IMG/VR virus record: IMGVR_UViG_3300024262_000030
Span: 1 to 62,683 of that record
Length of the DNA: 62,683 bases
Strand: one strand, 5' to 3'
From: a virus
Lineage: Duplodnaviria; Caudoviricetes
A program made the translations under genes and the position numbers. The notes beneath the pieces are model-generated. The model made no database searches. It was not told the DNA's origin and saw only the letters and a program-made list of their open reading frames with translations. Shown here in pieces: positions 37,214 to 46,563 of this stretch (its first letter is position 1; each line of letters opens with the position of its first letter).

Positions 37214-38308
37214 ATGAATAAGCAAAAAATTATAGATGCCATTAATGGCAAGCCTGAAAAGGCATACCTTTTGGTCACTGGCGGAGGAACCCGCTTTATC
37301 GGTGACTTTCTGGAACAAGGTGGTGGTAGTGCCACTATTCTCGGATTTGAAGTTCCATACGCAACGGAAGCTTTTAATAAAGCTCTTGGGTATGAAATTG
37401 ACAAATATTGTGATGAAAATGCTGCAAAGCGGTTAGCATTAGCTGCCTTTAGAAAAGGTGAAGCGGTAAATGACTACAAACGACTTGAACAAACAATTGG
37501 GTTTGGTGTTACATGTTCTTTGAAAAAAGACGGTGAAAGAGAAGGACGAGAACACAAATTATTCATCAGTTACTTCAATGGAAAGACTTTGAAAACGTTG
37601 GGTATTAAATTACCAAATGTTGATAGAAAATTACAAGAGAAAGCTGTATCTGGATTGATCTTGGGTTTCATGGCTGATGCTTATGAAATGCCTGATGTAT
37701 TTGACAATATGCTTACAAAGCCGATTGAGGACGTTATAACTTATGCAGATGAAGTTGATACAGAATATGGTGAAGCATACGGAAACATACCAATTGCACT
37801 TCTCGGAGAATGTGACCCACGGAATGACATAATTTTTCCTGGCAGCTTCAACCCACAACACGAAGGTCATGCTGAGATTGCGAGGTTGGTTGAAAAACAA
37901 ACAGGCAAAAAAGTTTATTTTGAATTGTCTGTTAAGAATGTAGAAAAGCCAGACGTTTTACCACGAGATTTAAACGATAGAGCAAAACAATTTGATGAAA
38001 ATTTAATTGTCAGCAATCTTCCAAAATTCATTGACAAAATCAAATTTTATGAAGGTGCCACATTTGTTGTTGGTGCTGATACAATGAATCGTTTGGTGTG
38101 GGATTATCCATATGAAGATTTGTTGATGTTGCATACACATGGAATCAAATTTATTGTGGTTCCTAGAGATGGGATGTTTGAAAATGGAGAGTATGAAGCA
38201 TTGGCTGACGCACCTCTTCAATTCAAAGAATTGGCAATTGATATGATTGCAATGGTGTTGGATTACACCAATCCAATCAGTAGTACACAAATTAGAAATG
38301 GAGAATAA
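37214..38308 (+). CDS. CinA-like domain fused to HxGH nucleotidyltransferase (NMNAT/NadD-like)
   Basis: TGGG..GGGS..VPY N-domain; PGSFNPQHEGH, VGADT, ISSTQIR. Confidence 0.78.
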   Translation: MNKQKIIDAINGKPEKAYLLVTGGGTRFIGDFLEQGGGSATILGFEVPYATEAFNKALGYEIDKYCDENAAKRLALAAFRKGEAVNDYKRLEQTIGFGVTCSLKKDGEREGREHKLFISYFNGKTLKTLGIKLPNVDRKLQEKAVSGLILGFMADAYEMPDVFDNMLTKPIEDVITYADEVDTEYGEAYGNIPIALLGECDPRNDIIFPGSFNPQHEGHAEIARLVEKQTGKKVYFELSVKNVEKPDVLPRDLNDRAKQFDENLIVSNLPKFIDKIKFYEGATFVVGADTMNRLVWDYPYEDLLMLHTHGIKFIVVPRDGMFENGEYEALADAPLQFKELAIDMIAMVLDYTNPISSTQIRNGE

Positions 38309-38441
38309 TAAAATGGAACCATATGACACAATGGAAGATGACAAACGTATGTTTGATATCGGTGGCGGAATTAAAAAAGGCGAATTGAATATAGTCGTCG
38401 CTTCCAAAAACACAGGCAGAAGCTTGATCAAAGAAAACAAA

Positions 38442-39356
38442 ATGAAAAAACTAGCAGTATTAATCGGAAGATTTCAAAGTGACGAAATGTGCTCTGAAAT
38501 GAATACACAAATCCTCAGACTTTTAAATGAAAATGATAAAGTGTTGATTTTACTTGGGTTGAGTCCTGTAGTTGCAACGAAACAGAATCCAATGGATTTT
38601 GAGACACGTAAGTTGATGGTTGACGAATACTACGGTAACTTTGAGTCTTTGCATATTGGATATGTGAAAGACAATAGAAGCGACGATGAATGGAGTAAAT
38701 CAATTGACGAACAAGTAGATAGATTTGCAAAGAAACATAAGCTGAAAACTATCAGCGGTATTCATGGCGGAAAATACACATTCTGCAAACATTACAACGG
38801 CAAACACAAAGCAGTTGAGTTATCTCAGAAAATCTACAAAAACAACGAGACTCAGAATGCTCGTGCTGGCAGTTCCGTAAAGGGAACAAAGGATTTCCGC
38901 GACGGTGTCATTTGGGCTACACAAAATCAATATCCCAAAGTTTATCCAACTGTAGATGTTGCTGTTCTGGATGGTGAAAATCTGTTACTTGCTAGAAAGC
39001 CAAATGAAACCAAATTCAGATTCATCGGCGGTTTTGTTGATACCAATGAAAAGTTTGAAGATGCTGCCAAGCGTGAAGTGATGGAAGAAGCTAATATTGA
39101 GATACAAAATCTACAATATATGGGAAGTTTTATGATTGATGATCACAGATACCGCCGTGAGGTTGATAGTATAACCACAACATTCTTTGTTGCTGAATAT
39201 GTTGACGGTGAACCAAGAGCACAAGATGATATTGAAGAGATACGATACATTCCACTTAGTGAGATTGATGTTGACGATTTAGTTCCAGAACATGCTGAAT
39301 TATTTGAAACATTACTCAATGATGCTTACGATGAAAATGGGAATTTTATACTATGA
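38442..39356 (+). CDS. NadM-Nudix type protein (ADP-ribose pyrophosphatase; degenerate NMNAT motif)
   Basis: IGRFQ, NPMDFETR, YPTVD, GGFVD..AAKREVMEEA; ORF is open upstream to 38298. Confidence 0.85.
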   Translation: MKKLAVLIGRFQSDEMCSEMNTQILRLLNENDKVLILLGLSPVVATKQNPMDFETRKLMVDEYYGNFESLHIGYVKDNRSDDEWSKSIDEQVDRFAKKHKLKTISGIHGGKYTFCKHYNGKHKAVELSQKIYKNNETQNARAGSSVKGTKDFRDGVIWATQNQYPKVYPTVDVAVLDGENLLLARKPNETKFRFIGGFVDTNEKFEDAAKREVMEEANIEIQNLQYMGSFMIDDHRYRREVDSITTTFFVAEYVDGEPRAQDDIEEIRYIPLSEIDVDDLVPEHAELFETLLNDAYDENGNFIL

Positions 39357-39718
39357 AAACAACAGTTGAATTGACGGGAGACGAACTTGAAGAAGCAATC
39401 CTTGAATATGTGGGATCAAAAGGATTGATCGCAACTTCTCCCATTAGATTTTGGGTTCCAACGGCGAATGAAGATGGAATTAGAACAACGTCTGTGAGAA
39501 AAGTTGAATTTGAAGTTGAATTTGTGGATTAGACAAATGATGGAAAAACCAACAAACGTATAAACCCCAACATGTTACGTGAATTTGAGAACACTGGATG
39601 GGTGAGGGGTAGAATAAACTTTAATCACCCGTTTAAAAAAACTTGACTTTTGCCATTTTACATGATAGGATGGTAATCTAATAAACAATAATCCTGATAA
39701 AGATAAGGAAAAAATAAA

Positions 39719-41152
39719 ATGAAACATAATATAATAATGGATGTCGATTCCTACAAAGTAGGACATAATTTAGTCTATAGACCCGGTACAGAGGTCATTT
39801 ATAGCTACTTTGAGGCACGTAAAGGTGCAGAATACAACGAGGCGGTTTTCTTCGGATTACAACCTTTGCTTAAACGGCTTGAGGGGGTAGTGGTAACACA
39901 AGACCTGATTGATACAACTGCTTTGAAAATTAAAGCTCACTTCTTCGGAAATGATACTTTTTTCAATCGTGAAGGTTGGGAATACATTGCCAATGAGTTG
40001 GGTGGAAAGCTTCCAATTCGGATTAAAGCTGTTCCAGAAGGAACTGTAGTTCCGATTGACAACGTCATGATGACAGTTGAAAATACAGACGAAAAATGTG
40101 CTTGGTTGACCAACTACCTTGAGACTTACTTGAGTCGCGTTTGGTATCCAATTACAGTGGCAACCAAAAGTTACCAAACAAAGAAAATCTTGAAAAGATA
40201 TTTGGATGAAACGGCAGATGCTGATTTTCTTCTTCCATTTATGCTTCATGATTTTGGAAGTCGTGGTGTAAATACCTTTGAGGGTGCTGGTTTAGGTGGT
40301 GCTGCTCACTTGGTAAATTTCTTGGGAACTGATACAATGGTTGCATTGGATTATGCAAATGAGTATTATGACGCACCATTTGAAGGATTGGGTCATAGTG
40401 TATTTGCAACTGAACACAGTGTAATGACTGCTGGTGGTCCAGAAGGTGAAATGGAGATCGTTCAAGACTGTCTTGATAAAAACCCACTTGGAATTGTAAG
40501 TTTAGTCGCCGACAGTTACGACTACTACGAGTTCGTGAGACAAATGGGAAGCACCTTTAAGCAACAGATCATTGATCGTAATGCTAACGCTGGTGATATC
40601 CCAACGAAGCTTGTAATCCGTCCTGACAGTATCACGCCAACGCATGAAACTCCTGAAGAGTTGGTCGTGTGGACATATCAACAACTTGAAGCTGACTATG
40701 GTGTGACATTAAACACAAAGGGTTACAAAGAGTTACATCCTGCTGTTGGTGTCATTTGGGGTGACGGAATTGATACCAAAGGAATTGAAAGAATCCTTGA
40801 AGCTCTTAAACAAGCTGGTTACAGCACCGGAACGCAGATCTTCGGTCAAGGCGGCGGGCTGCTCCAGAAGGTAAACCGTGATACATTGAGACATGCTTTC
40901 AAATGTAGTGCTCAAAAACGGAATGGTGAGTGGATTGATATCCAAAAGAATCCATTGGATCAAACCAAGAAAAGTAAAGCTGGTCGTCTCGGGTTATACA
41001 TTGGGAATGATGGTAAAGCTACCACATACCGTCTGGATGACTTGAAAAATGCTGCTCACGGACCTGTGAATCATTTGGTTACGGTTTATGAAAATGGAGA
41101 AATCCTTGTGAATCATACCTTTGACGAAGTCAGAGAACGTGCTAAAATCTAA
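39719..41152 (+). CDS. nadV: Nicotinamide phosphoribosyltransferase
   Basis: DSYK, LHDFGSRG, ATEHSV, IRPDS, WGDGI, FGQGGGLLQ, KKSKAG. Confidence 0.95.
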   Translation: MKHNIIMDVDSYKVGHNLVYRPGTEVIYSYFEARKGAEYNEAVFFGLQPLLKRLEGVVVTQDLIDTTALKIKAHFFGNDTFFNREGWEYIANELGGKLPIRIKAVPEGTVVPIDNVMMTVENTDEKCAWLTNYLETYLSRVWYPITVATKSYQTKKILKRYLDETADADFLLPFMLHDFGSRGVNTFEGAGLGGAAHLVNFLGTDTMVALDYANEYYDAPFEGLGHSVFATEHSVMTAGGPEGEMEIVQDCLDKNPLGIVSLVADSYDYYEFVRQMGSTFKQQIIDRNANAGDIPTKLVIRPDSITPTHETPEELVVWTYQQLEADYGVTLNTKGYKELHPAVGVIWGDGIDTKGIERILEALKQAGYSTGTQIFGQGGGLLQKVNRDTLRHAFKCSAQKRNGEWIDIQKNPLDQTKKSKAGRLGLYIGNDGKATTYRLDDLKNAAHGPVNHLVTVYENGEILVNHTFDEVRERAKI

Positions 41153-41158
41153 TTGAAT

Positions 41159-41187
41159 GGGGCGGTGGAATTTAACCGCCCCTTTTT
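41159..41187 (+). terminator. Intrinsic terminator
   Basis: GGGGCGGT..ACCGCCCC TTTTT. Confidence 0.8.
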
Positions 41188-41224
41188 CTTGACATTTCAA
41201 CAAAACTAATTTAAAGTATATAAC

Positions 41225-41437
41225 ATGAAAGAAGTACACATATTATACAGTGACCTAGATGGTAACGAACATGGTTGTTTTTCCAAGATGGAAATGGCAA
41301 TTGACAAAGCAAAAGTTATGATTGAGAAACAAGAGTCCTCACTTACATTAGAACCTTCCCATTTGTATATAATCACACATCAAGTTGATTCTAAACAAAC
41401 TATTGGGGAAATGACATATATGGAGAATGTATTATGA
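41225..41437 (+). CDS. Hypothetical protein
   Basis: Co-directional ORF. Confidence 0.55.
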   Translation: MKEVHILYSDLDGNEHGCFSKMEMAIDKAKVMIEKQESSLTLEPSHLYIITHQVDSKQTIGEMTYMENVL

Positions 41438-41570
41438 AAGATTTAATCCTTTTTATTCTGACGATTTTGCTGTTGGTTTTTGTTTTTGAAGCATCCAACA
41501 ATGGAATCAAACCAACGATTGACAAATATTGGCTTGGAAAAGACAACATTGAACAAGTAGAAATCAAAAA

Positions 41571-42524
41571 ATGAAAATATTCAGCGGTAGCTCTAACAAA
41601 AAACTAACCAAACAAATTTGCCAATTCTTAGATGAACCATTTGGGAATGTATATCTACATGCTTTTCCGTCTGGAGAACGGTATTGTCAGTATAAAGAGA
41701 ACATACGAGGCCAAGATACGTTCATTATCCAAAGTCTGGATACACCTGTCAATGACAATCTAATGGAGTTATTGATCATGATTGATGCTGCTAAAAGAGC
41801 ATCTGCCAGTCGTATTACCGCTGTGATTCCTTACATGGGATATTTACGACAAGACCGTAAAACAAAAAGTAGAACGCCTATTTCTGGCAGACTTGTCGCA
41901 GATATGATAGAAGCTGCTGGTGCCAATAGAATCATCAGCATGGATTTTCATTGTGCTCAAGCCCAAGGATTTTTCAAGATACCCGTAGATCATTTATATG
42001 CAACACCTGTGATCACAGAATATCTTAACAAAACCAACAACATCAATGTGGTTGTATCTCCAGATGTGGGCGGAGTTAAACGTGCTCACGCTTATGCTGA
42101 AACATTGGATGTATCTTTTGCATTTATTGCCAAGAAACGTATATCAGACACGGAAGTAGAAAGTAGTGAAGTATGTGGTGATGTTAAGGACAAAAATGTA
42201 TTATTGGTTGACGATATGACAGAAAGTGCTGGTACGTTGATATCTGCTGCTGATATTTGTAAAGAAGCTGGTGCTAGTACAGTGACATGTGCCATTACCC
42301 ACGGAGTATTTACAACCAAGGCACAAGAACGATTTGAAAGCGCTGGCCATGTGATAGATGAATTCATTTACACGAATACCACTCATAACAAAACCATAAA
42401 CCTACAGAATTCCAGAGTGGGGAAAATGACAGAATTAAACGTGGGTAATCTGCTTGGTAGGGCAATTAAACGAACCCACACAAACGAAAGTATATCTGAA
42501 TTATTTCAAGTGGAAGGGTTTTAA
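41571..42524 (+). CDS. prs: Ribose-phosphate pyrophosphokinase
   Basis: FPSGE, PYMGYLRQDRK, SPDVGG, VDDMTESAGT, THGVF. Confidence 0.95.
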   Translation: MKIFSGSSNKKLTKQICQFLDEPFGNVYLHAFPSGERYCQYKENIRGQDTFIIQSLDTPVNDNLMELLIMIDAAKRASASRITAVIPYMGYLRQDRKTKSRTPISGRLVADMIEAAGANRIISMDFHCAQAQGFFKIPVDHLYATPVITEYLNKTNNINVVVSPDVGGVKRAHAYAETLDVSFAFIAKKRISDTEVESSEVCGDVKDKNVLLVDDMTESAGTLISAADICKEAGASTVTCAITHGVFTTKAQERFESAGHVIDEFIYTNTTHNKTINLQNSRVGKMTELNVGNLLGRAIKRTHTNESISELFQVEGF

Positions 42525-42525
42525 A

Positions 42526-42735
42526 ATGATAACATCTGAACAATTAAAAGAGTTGGCATTAAAGGATGATAGAGCCAAAGCATGCTTAGATTATTTAGAG
42601 GATCTACATTACTTTAAAAATTTAGCGACAGCGCCTGCCAGCGAGGTGATCAATGCACATGATGATTTATTATTCTCTGCACAAAAACTTAAAGACGAAT
42701 TACAAAATTTCCTTGACAAACGACAAGGATACTGA
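42526..42735 (+). CDS. Hypothetical protein
   Basis: Tiled ORF. Confidence 0.55.
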   Translation: MITSEQLKELALKDDRAKACLDYLEDLHYFKNLATAPASEVINAHDDLLFSAQKLKDELQNFLDKRQGY

Positions 42736-42747
42736 TATATTGTTATT

Positions 42748-43260
42748 ATGGAAACTGAATACGTACTATACATTTTAATGAGAACTGATTTACCTTCAAT
42801 GAATCCAGGTAAAGCAATGGCACAAGCTAGTCATGTTAGTAATGCTTTTGTCGCTGATATTGACGATAGAACAAAACAAGAAGAAGCTTTATGGGCGGAA
42901 AGTAAATCTGTGACTGAAGCTGCTCTTGAATGGAAAAACACAACCTGTCAAGGATTTGGTACTGTATTAGTATTGGGTTGTGATTTGGTTGAAATTGAGA
43001 ATGTGGATCTTAACATAGTCACTGCTAAACTACAGAATCAAGTTGTGTTTGATTATCTACACGACCCAACATATCCGTATATTGTAAATTTGGAAGTTAA
43101 GGATTTGATAGACCGTGATTTTCACACCGAAGATCCACATGAACTTGAAAGCGGTGACTTTGTATGCTTCAGAAACGAAGTAACATGTGCTTATTTATTT
43201 GCTGACAAAAACAGTGAAACAACCAAGAAATTAGTTGGACATTTAAAACTACACCCATGA
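42748..43260 (+). CDS. Peptidyl-tRNA hydrolase Pth2-like
   Basis: YILMRTDL.SM.PGKAMAQASH, FGTVLVL, DPTYP. Confidence 0.78.
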   Translation: METEYVLYILMRTDLPSMNPGKAMAQASHVSNAFVADIDDRTKQEEALWAESKSVTEAALEWKNTTCQGFGTVLVLGCDLVEIENVDLNIVTAKLQNQVVFDYLHDPTYPYIVNLEVKDLIDRDFHTEDPHELESGDFVCFRNEVTCAYLFADKNSETTKKLVGHLKLHP

Positions 43261-43538
43261 AACGATTAAAAATATACTCTAGTTATTTGAACTTGGTTTT
43301 AAGCGAAAATAAAAATTTTGAAATACAGTGGCATAAACCATACAGTTATTCATACTGTGGTTTCAAATTTGATTTGAGCTTCACGAGAAAATGTGATCAT
43401 GCTGGTGGTGGATTGTATTTACATTTTCTATTTTGGGGAATTGACTTCAATGTTTACGACAAACGACATTGGGATCGTAGAAATGATTGTTGGGAAACTC
43501 CATCCCGAAACGATGATGATTTTAGGCACAAATTATGA
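43257..43538 (+). CDS. Hypothetical protein
   Basis: DHAG..YD.RHW motif; coupled. Confidence 0.6.
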   Translation: MKRLKIYSSYLNLVLSENKNFEIQWHKPYSYSYCGFKFDLSFTRKCDHAGGGLYLHFLFWGIDFNVYDKRHWDRRNDCWETPSRNDDDFRHKL

Positions 43539-43744
43539 AATTGGAAAAATATAGAATCGTAGAACGAAAAAACCATTATGGGGGAATCTGTTATGTCGTC
43601 CAAAACAAAATTTTGTGTTTCTGGTGGTATGATTGTAAATATCCAAATGGAATTTTAGTCGGTGGGAAGTCGTTGATGGAAGCAGAAGATGCATTGCGAA
43701 GATTTAAATATAAACCTCAAGATAATATAGTATATGAAGACTGA
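43535..43744 (+). CDS. Hypothetical protein
   Basis: Coupled ORF. Confidence 0.55.
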   Translation: MKLEKYRIVERKNHYGGICYVVQNKILCFWWYDCKYPNGILVGGKSLMEAEDALRRFKYKPQDNIVYED

Positions 43745-43997
43745 GACAAAAGTAATACCTTGTGCATGTTATGGCGAAGGATTGATTCTTCGGAAAGATG
43801 AAGATGATTTTCTTGAAGTATATTTTTACACTATTGGATGTGAAGGTAAAAAATTAGGTTTCAAAGATAAACTGAGATATATCTGGAGAGTGATTACAAC
43901 AGGAAAACCATTTGGAGATCAGGTTATGCTTGATGAACAGAGAATGATTGAACTGAGAGATTACCTTAACTTACAAATAGATACACAAACGGAGTAA
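43734..43997 (+). CDS. Hypothetical protein
   Basis: Coupled ORF. Confidence 0.55.
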   Translation: MKTETKVIPCACYGEGLILRKDEDDFLEVYFYTIGCEGKKLGFKDKLRYIWRVITTGKPFGDQVMLDEQRMIELRDYLNLQIDTQTE

Positions 43998-44403
43998 CAT
44001 TCATTACTTTGGCAACCATTAATCGTGTGTTGCCTGAAACAAGATGATATTGATGATCATGTTTCATAACAACGGGTGCACTTAGTTGTTTCCCGCTTCG
44101 GAATGCTTCTTTAAATTCTTTCCATTGGGATTTGTATTCTGGATCAACTTTTTGTTGTTTGTGAGCGATATCAACAATTTCCAAAAATGAATTTGCTTTT
44201 TTACAATCACAACGGCCGAGAGTTTCCCAGATTTTGTTTGGGAGCATTCTGATTTCACCGCGTTTGAAATCTTCTTTCAGTCTATCAAGTGAAATGTCAA
44301 ATTCTTCAGCGACTGCTTCTAAATCTTTCAATTCATTTTCAAGTTTTGGGGTGGTCCATTTATTTTGGACTTCTAATAACAATTTTTTAAGCGACTCATC
44401 CAT
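43966..44403 (-). CDS. ParB/Srx-like domain protein
   Basis: APVV..LVSGNTRL; TATTTAT upstream on minus strand. Confidence 0.65.
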   Translation of the reverse strand: MDESLKKLLLEVQNKWTTPKLENELKDLEAVAEEFDISLDRLKEDFKRGEIRMLPNKIWETLGRCDCKKANSFLEIVDIAHKQQKVDPEYKSQWKEFKEAFRSGKQLSAPVVMKHDHQYHLVSGNTRLMVAKVMNVTPFVYLFVS

Positions 44404-44473
44404 ATATTCATAAATATTCAGTTTTGTGTTTTTATATCTTGACCTACCACATTTTTGATGATATTATTCCAGA

Positions 44474-45472
44474 ATGGCAGAAGAAAAGAAGAAACAACTA
44501 AACACATCAGGTAGAAAGCGAGTAAGCTATAGTCAGTTTTCAACTTGGTTTAAGTGCCCATATTCGTATAAGTTAGCGTATATTGATGGGTTATCCACGT
44601 ATGAAAACAACGTCCACGTCGCATTCGGTTCGGCGATACACGAAGCAATCCAAGATTTTCTGACGAAGTTATTTAATGAAGGTGGTCGTGAAGCAGATGG
44701 ATTTGACATCATAGGGCGATTCAATGAAGTTTTTGCAAAAGAACTGAAAGGAGAGAAAAAAGTCTCAGTCAAAGATGATGATGGTAATTATGTATTAGAT
44801 GACAATGGAAAGAAAACATACAAAACCATATCAGACCCAGTGGATATATCGGATGATGATTTTGATACTTTTACGGAGCATGGAGAATTAATTTTGAAAC
44901 ACATTTCAGATTATTCAAATCGTCAAAAGTATTTTCCAACTGACAAATATGAACTTGCTGGGATTGAAATTCCAATCAATATGGCTGTCATGAATAACTT
45001 ATCTTTTGTTGGATATCTTGATATAGTACTTCGTGAAAAAGCATCAGGCAAAATCAAGATCATTGATTTGAAAACATCTACCAGAATGTGGAATAAATAT
45101 CAAAAAGCAGACATGCATAAGATAATGCAGTTGTTATTCTACAAGGCTTTTTACAATCAACAATTTGGGATTCCGCTTGACAAGATTGAGGTAGAATTTT
45201 TGGTGTTGAAACGAACATTAATGGAGAATGCTTCTTTTCCAGAGGGAAGGATTCAAAAAATAACCCCACCATCAGGAAAGGTTATGATCAATGACGCTGT
45301 ATCAACGTTGGTACAATTCATTGAGAATTGTTTCACACCGGATGGCGTATACAACGTAGATGGAAAATTTAGAAAAAACCCACACAAAGGAAAAACCAAA
45401 TACAGCAATTGTAAATATTGTGAATTCTCTTGTAAAGAGGGTGGTCCATGTGACAGAAAAGAAGGAATATAA
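44474..45472 (+). CDS. PD-(D/E)xK Cas4/RecB-like exonuclease
   Basis: SYSQ..CP, FGSAIHE, GYLD, IIDLKT, QL.FY, CKYC. Confidence 0.88.
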   Translation: MAEEKKKQLNTSGRKRVSYSQFSTWFKCPYSYKLAYIDGLSTYENNVHVAFGSAIHEAIQDFLTKLFNEGGREADGFDIIGRFNEVFAKELKGEKKVSVKDDDGNYVLDDNGKKTYKTISDPVDISDDDFDTFTEHGELILKHISDYSNRQKYFPTDKYELAGIEIPINMAVMNNLSFVGYLDIVLREKASGKIKIIDLKTSTRMWNKYQKADMHKIMQLLFYKAFYNQQFGIPLDKIEVEFLVLKRTLMENASFPEGRIQKITPPSGKVMINDAVSTLVQFIENCFTPDGVYNVDGKFRKNPHKGKTKYSNCKYCEFSCKEGGPCDRKEGI

Positions 45473-45696
45473 TGAACAAGACAAAATCAAGCCGGATTCA
45501 AATCAGCGGATGTGCTTTGCTTACAATCATTTTTATCATCCTCAAATTGACAGGAAACATAGCATGGTCGTGGTGGTGGATATTTGCTCCATTGTGGATT
45601 CCATATGCAATCATTTTTTCAATTCTAATTTGTATAGCCGGTTTTGTTTTCGGTCTTGCATTTTTGGCATTAATTGCGGAAATGATTGGAAAATAA
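45472..45696 (+). CDS. Small membrane protein
   Basis: LKLTG.I.WSWWWIFAPLW motif. Confidence 0.75.
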   Translation: MNKTKSSRIQISGCALLTIIFIILKLTGNIAWSWWWIFAPLWIPYAIIFSILICIAGFVFGLAFLALIAEMIGK

Positions 45697-45723
45697 ATTT
45701 GAAAAATAAAATAAAGGTAAATT

Positions 45724-46095
45724 ATGAGTGACTATATACTAAATACAGAAGACGAAGACAACAGAGATGAATTATACTCAGTTGATAATATTGAATTAAC
45801 AGACGATGAAAAGCTTGTCATGGAAAAGATGCAAGAACTTTCACAGTTATGTTCAGAAAAGAAGATTCCAGCATTTTTGAGTGCTAAGTTGTCAAACAGT
45901 GAAGATCCGCTGGCCGCTTGGTATTTTGATGAAGACCCACAAAAAGCACATGCGGTATTTATTAATGAATTTGCTGCATTGTTTTTGCATATCACATCAA
46001 AGATGACCATGACTACTATAACCGCAAAAAATCCTAAAACGGATCAAGTGGTGTATGAGGTTCATCCAGATAAGGCTGTAGAAAATGAATCATAA
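45724..46095 (+). CDS. Hypothetical protein
   Basis: AAGG SD, tiled. Confidence 0.6.
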   Translation: MSDYILNTEDEDNRDELYSVDNIELTDDEKLVMEKMQELSQLCSEKKIPAFLSAKLSNSEDPLAAWYFDEDPQKAHAVFINEFAALFLHITSKMTMTTITAKNPKTDQVVYEVHPDKAVENES

Positions 46096-46336
46096 TGAAG
46101 AATGGGAAGAAATTCTACTAGAAGTGGAAGCTGTCAAAGTTAATACCGAGGAAAAACTGAAGTATGTCAGTTGGTTGATGGAAAATCGTGATATGCTTAT
46201 GAAGGTGGCTGATCAGACTTATAAACTTCAAATTCAACCCCTTGAAGAAGAAATTTCCAAACTCAAAACAGAAAATTCATTTTTGAAAAACAAAATTGAT
46301 AATTTTCGCGGTGGTGCGAACGAAAACTGTAAATGA
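46085..46336 (+). CDS. Hypothetical coiled-coil protein
   Basis: Tiled ORF. Confidence 0.55.
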   Translation: MNHNEEWEEILLEVEAVKVNTEEKLKYVSWLMENRDMLMKVADQTYKLQIQPLEEEISKLKTENSFLKNKIDNFRGGANENCK

Positions 46337-46563
46337 CAAAGATAAAAGCAAAATACCCAATCAAAGTTGGTGGTCCAGATGGAAATTTGATCCCGAAAGG
46401 TGAAATTGGAAAATTGATAAAGTTGGAAGAATCAACCAAAATTAAGAATTATTTTCCAGCGATCAAAGAGAACCCAACATCGGATTATTGTTTGGTGAGG
46501 TTTCCAATCGTGGGTGAATTTATATGCTTATCAAAACAAATTGAAAAAATTGAAGATGAGTGA
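46333..46563 (+). CDS. Hypothetical protein
   Basis: Tiled ORF. Confidence 0.55.
   Translation: MTKIKAKYPIKVGGPDGNLIPKGEIGKLIKLEESTKIKNYFPAIKENPTSDYCLVRFPIVGEFICLSKQIEKIEDE

Noticed and set aside
44474-45472. CRISPR-Cas system implied by the Cas4-like gene
   Set aside because: No repeat-spacer array or other cas genes visible in the window
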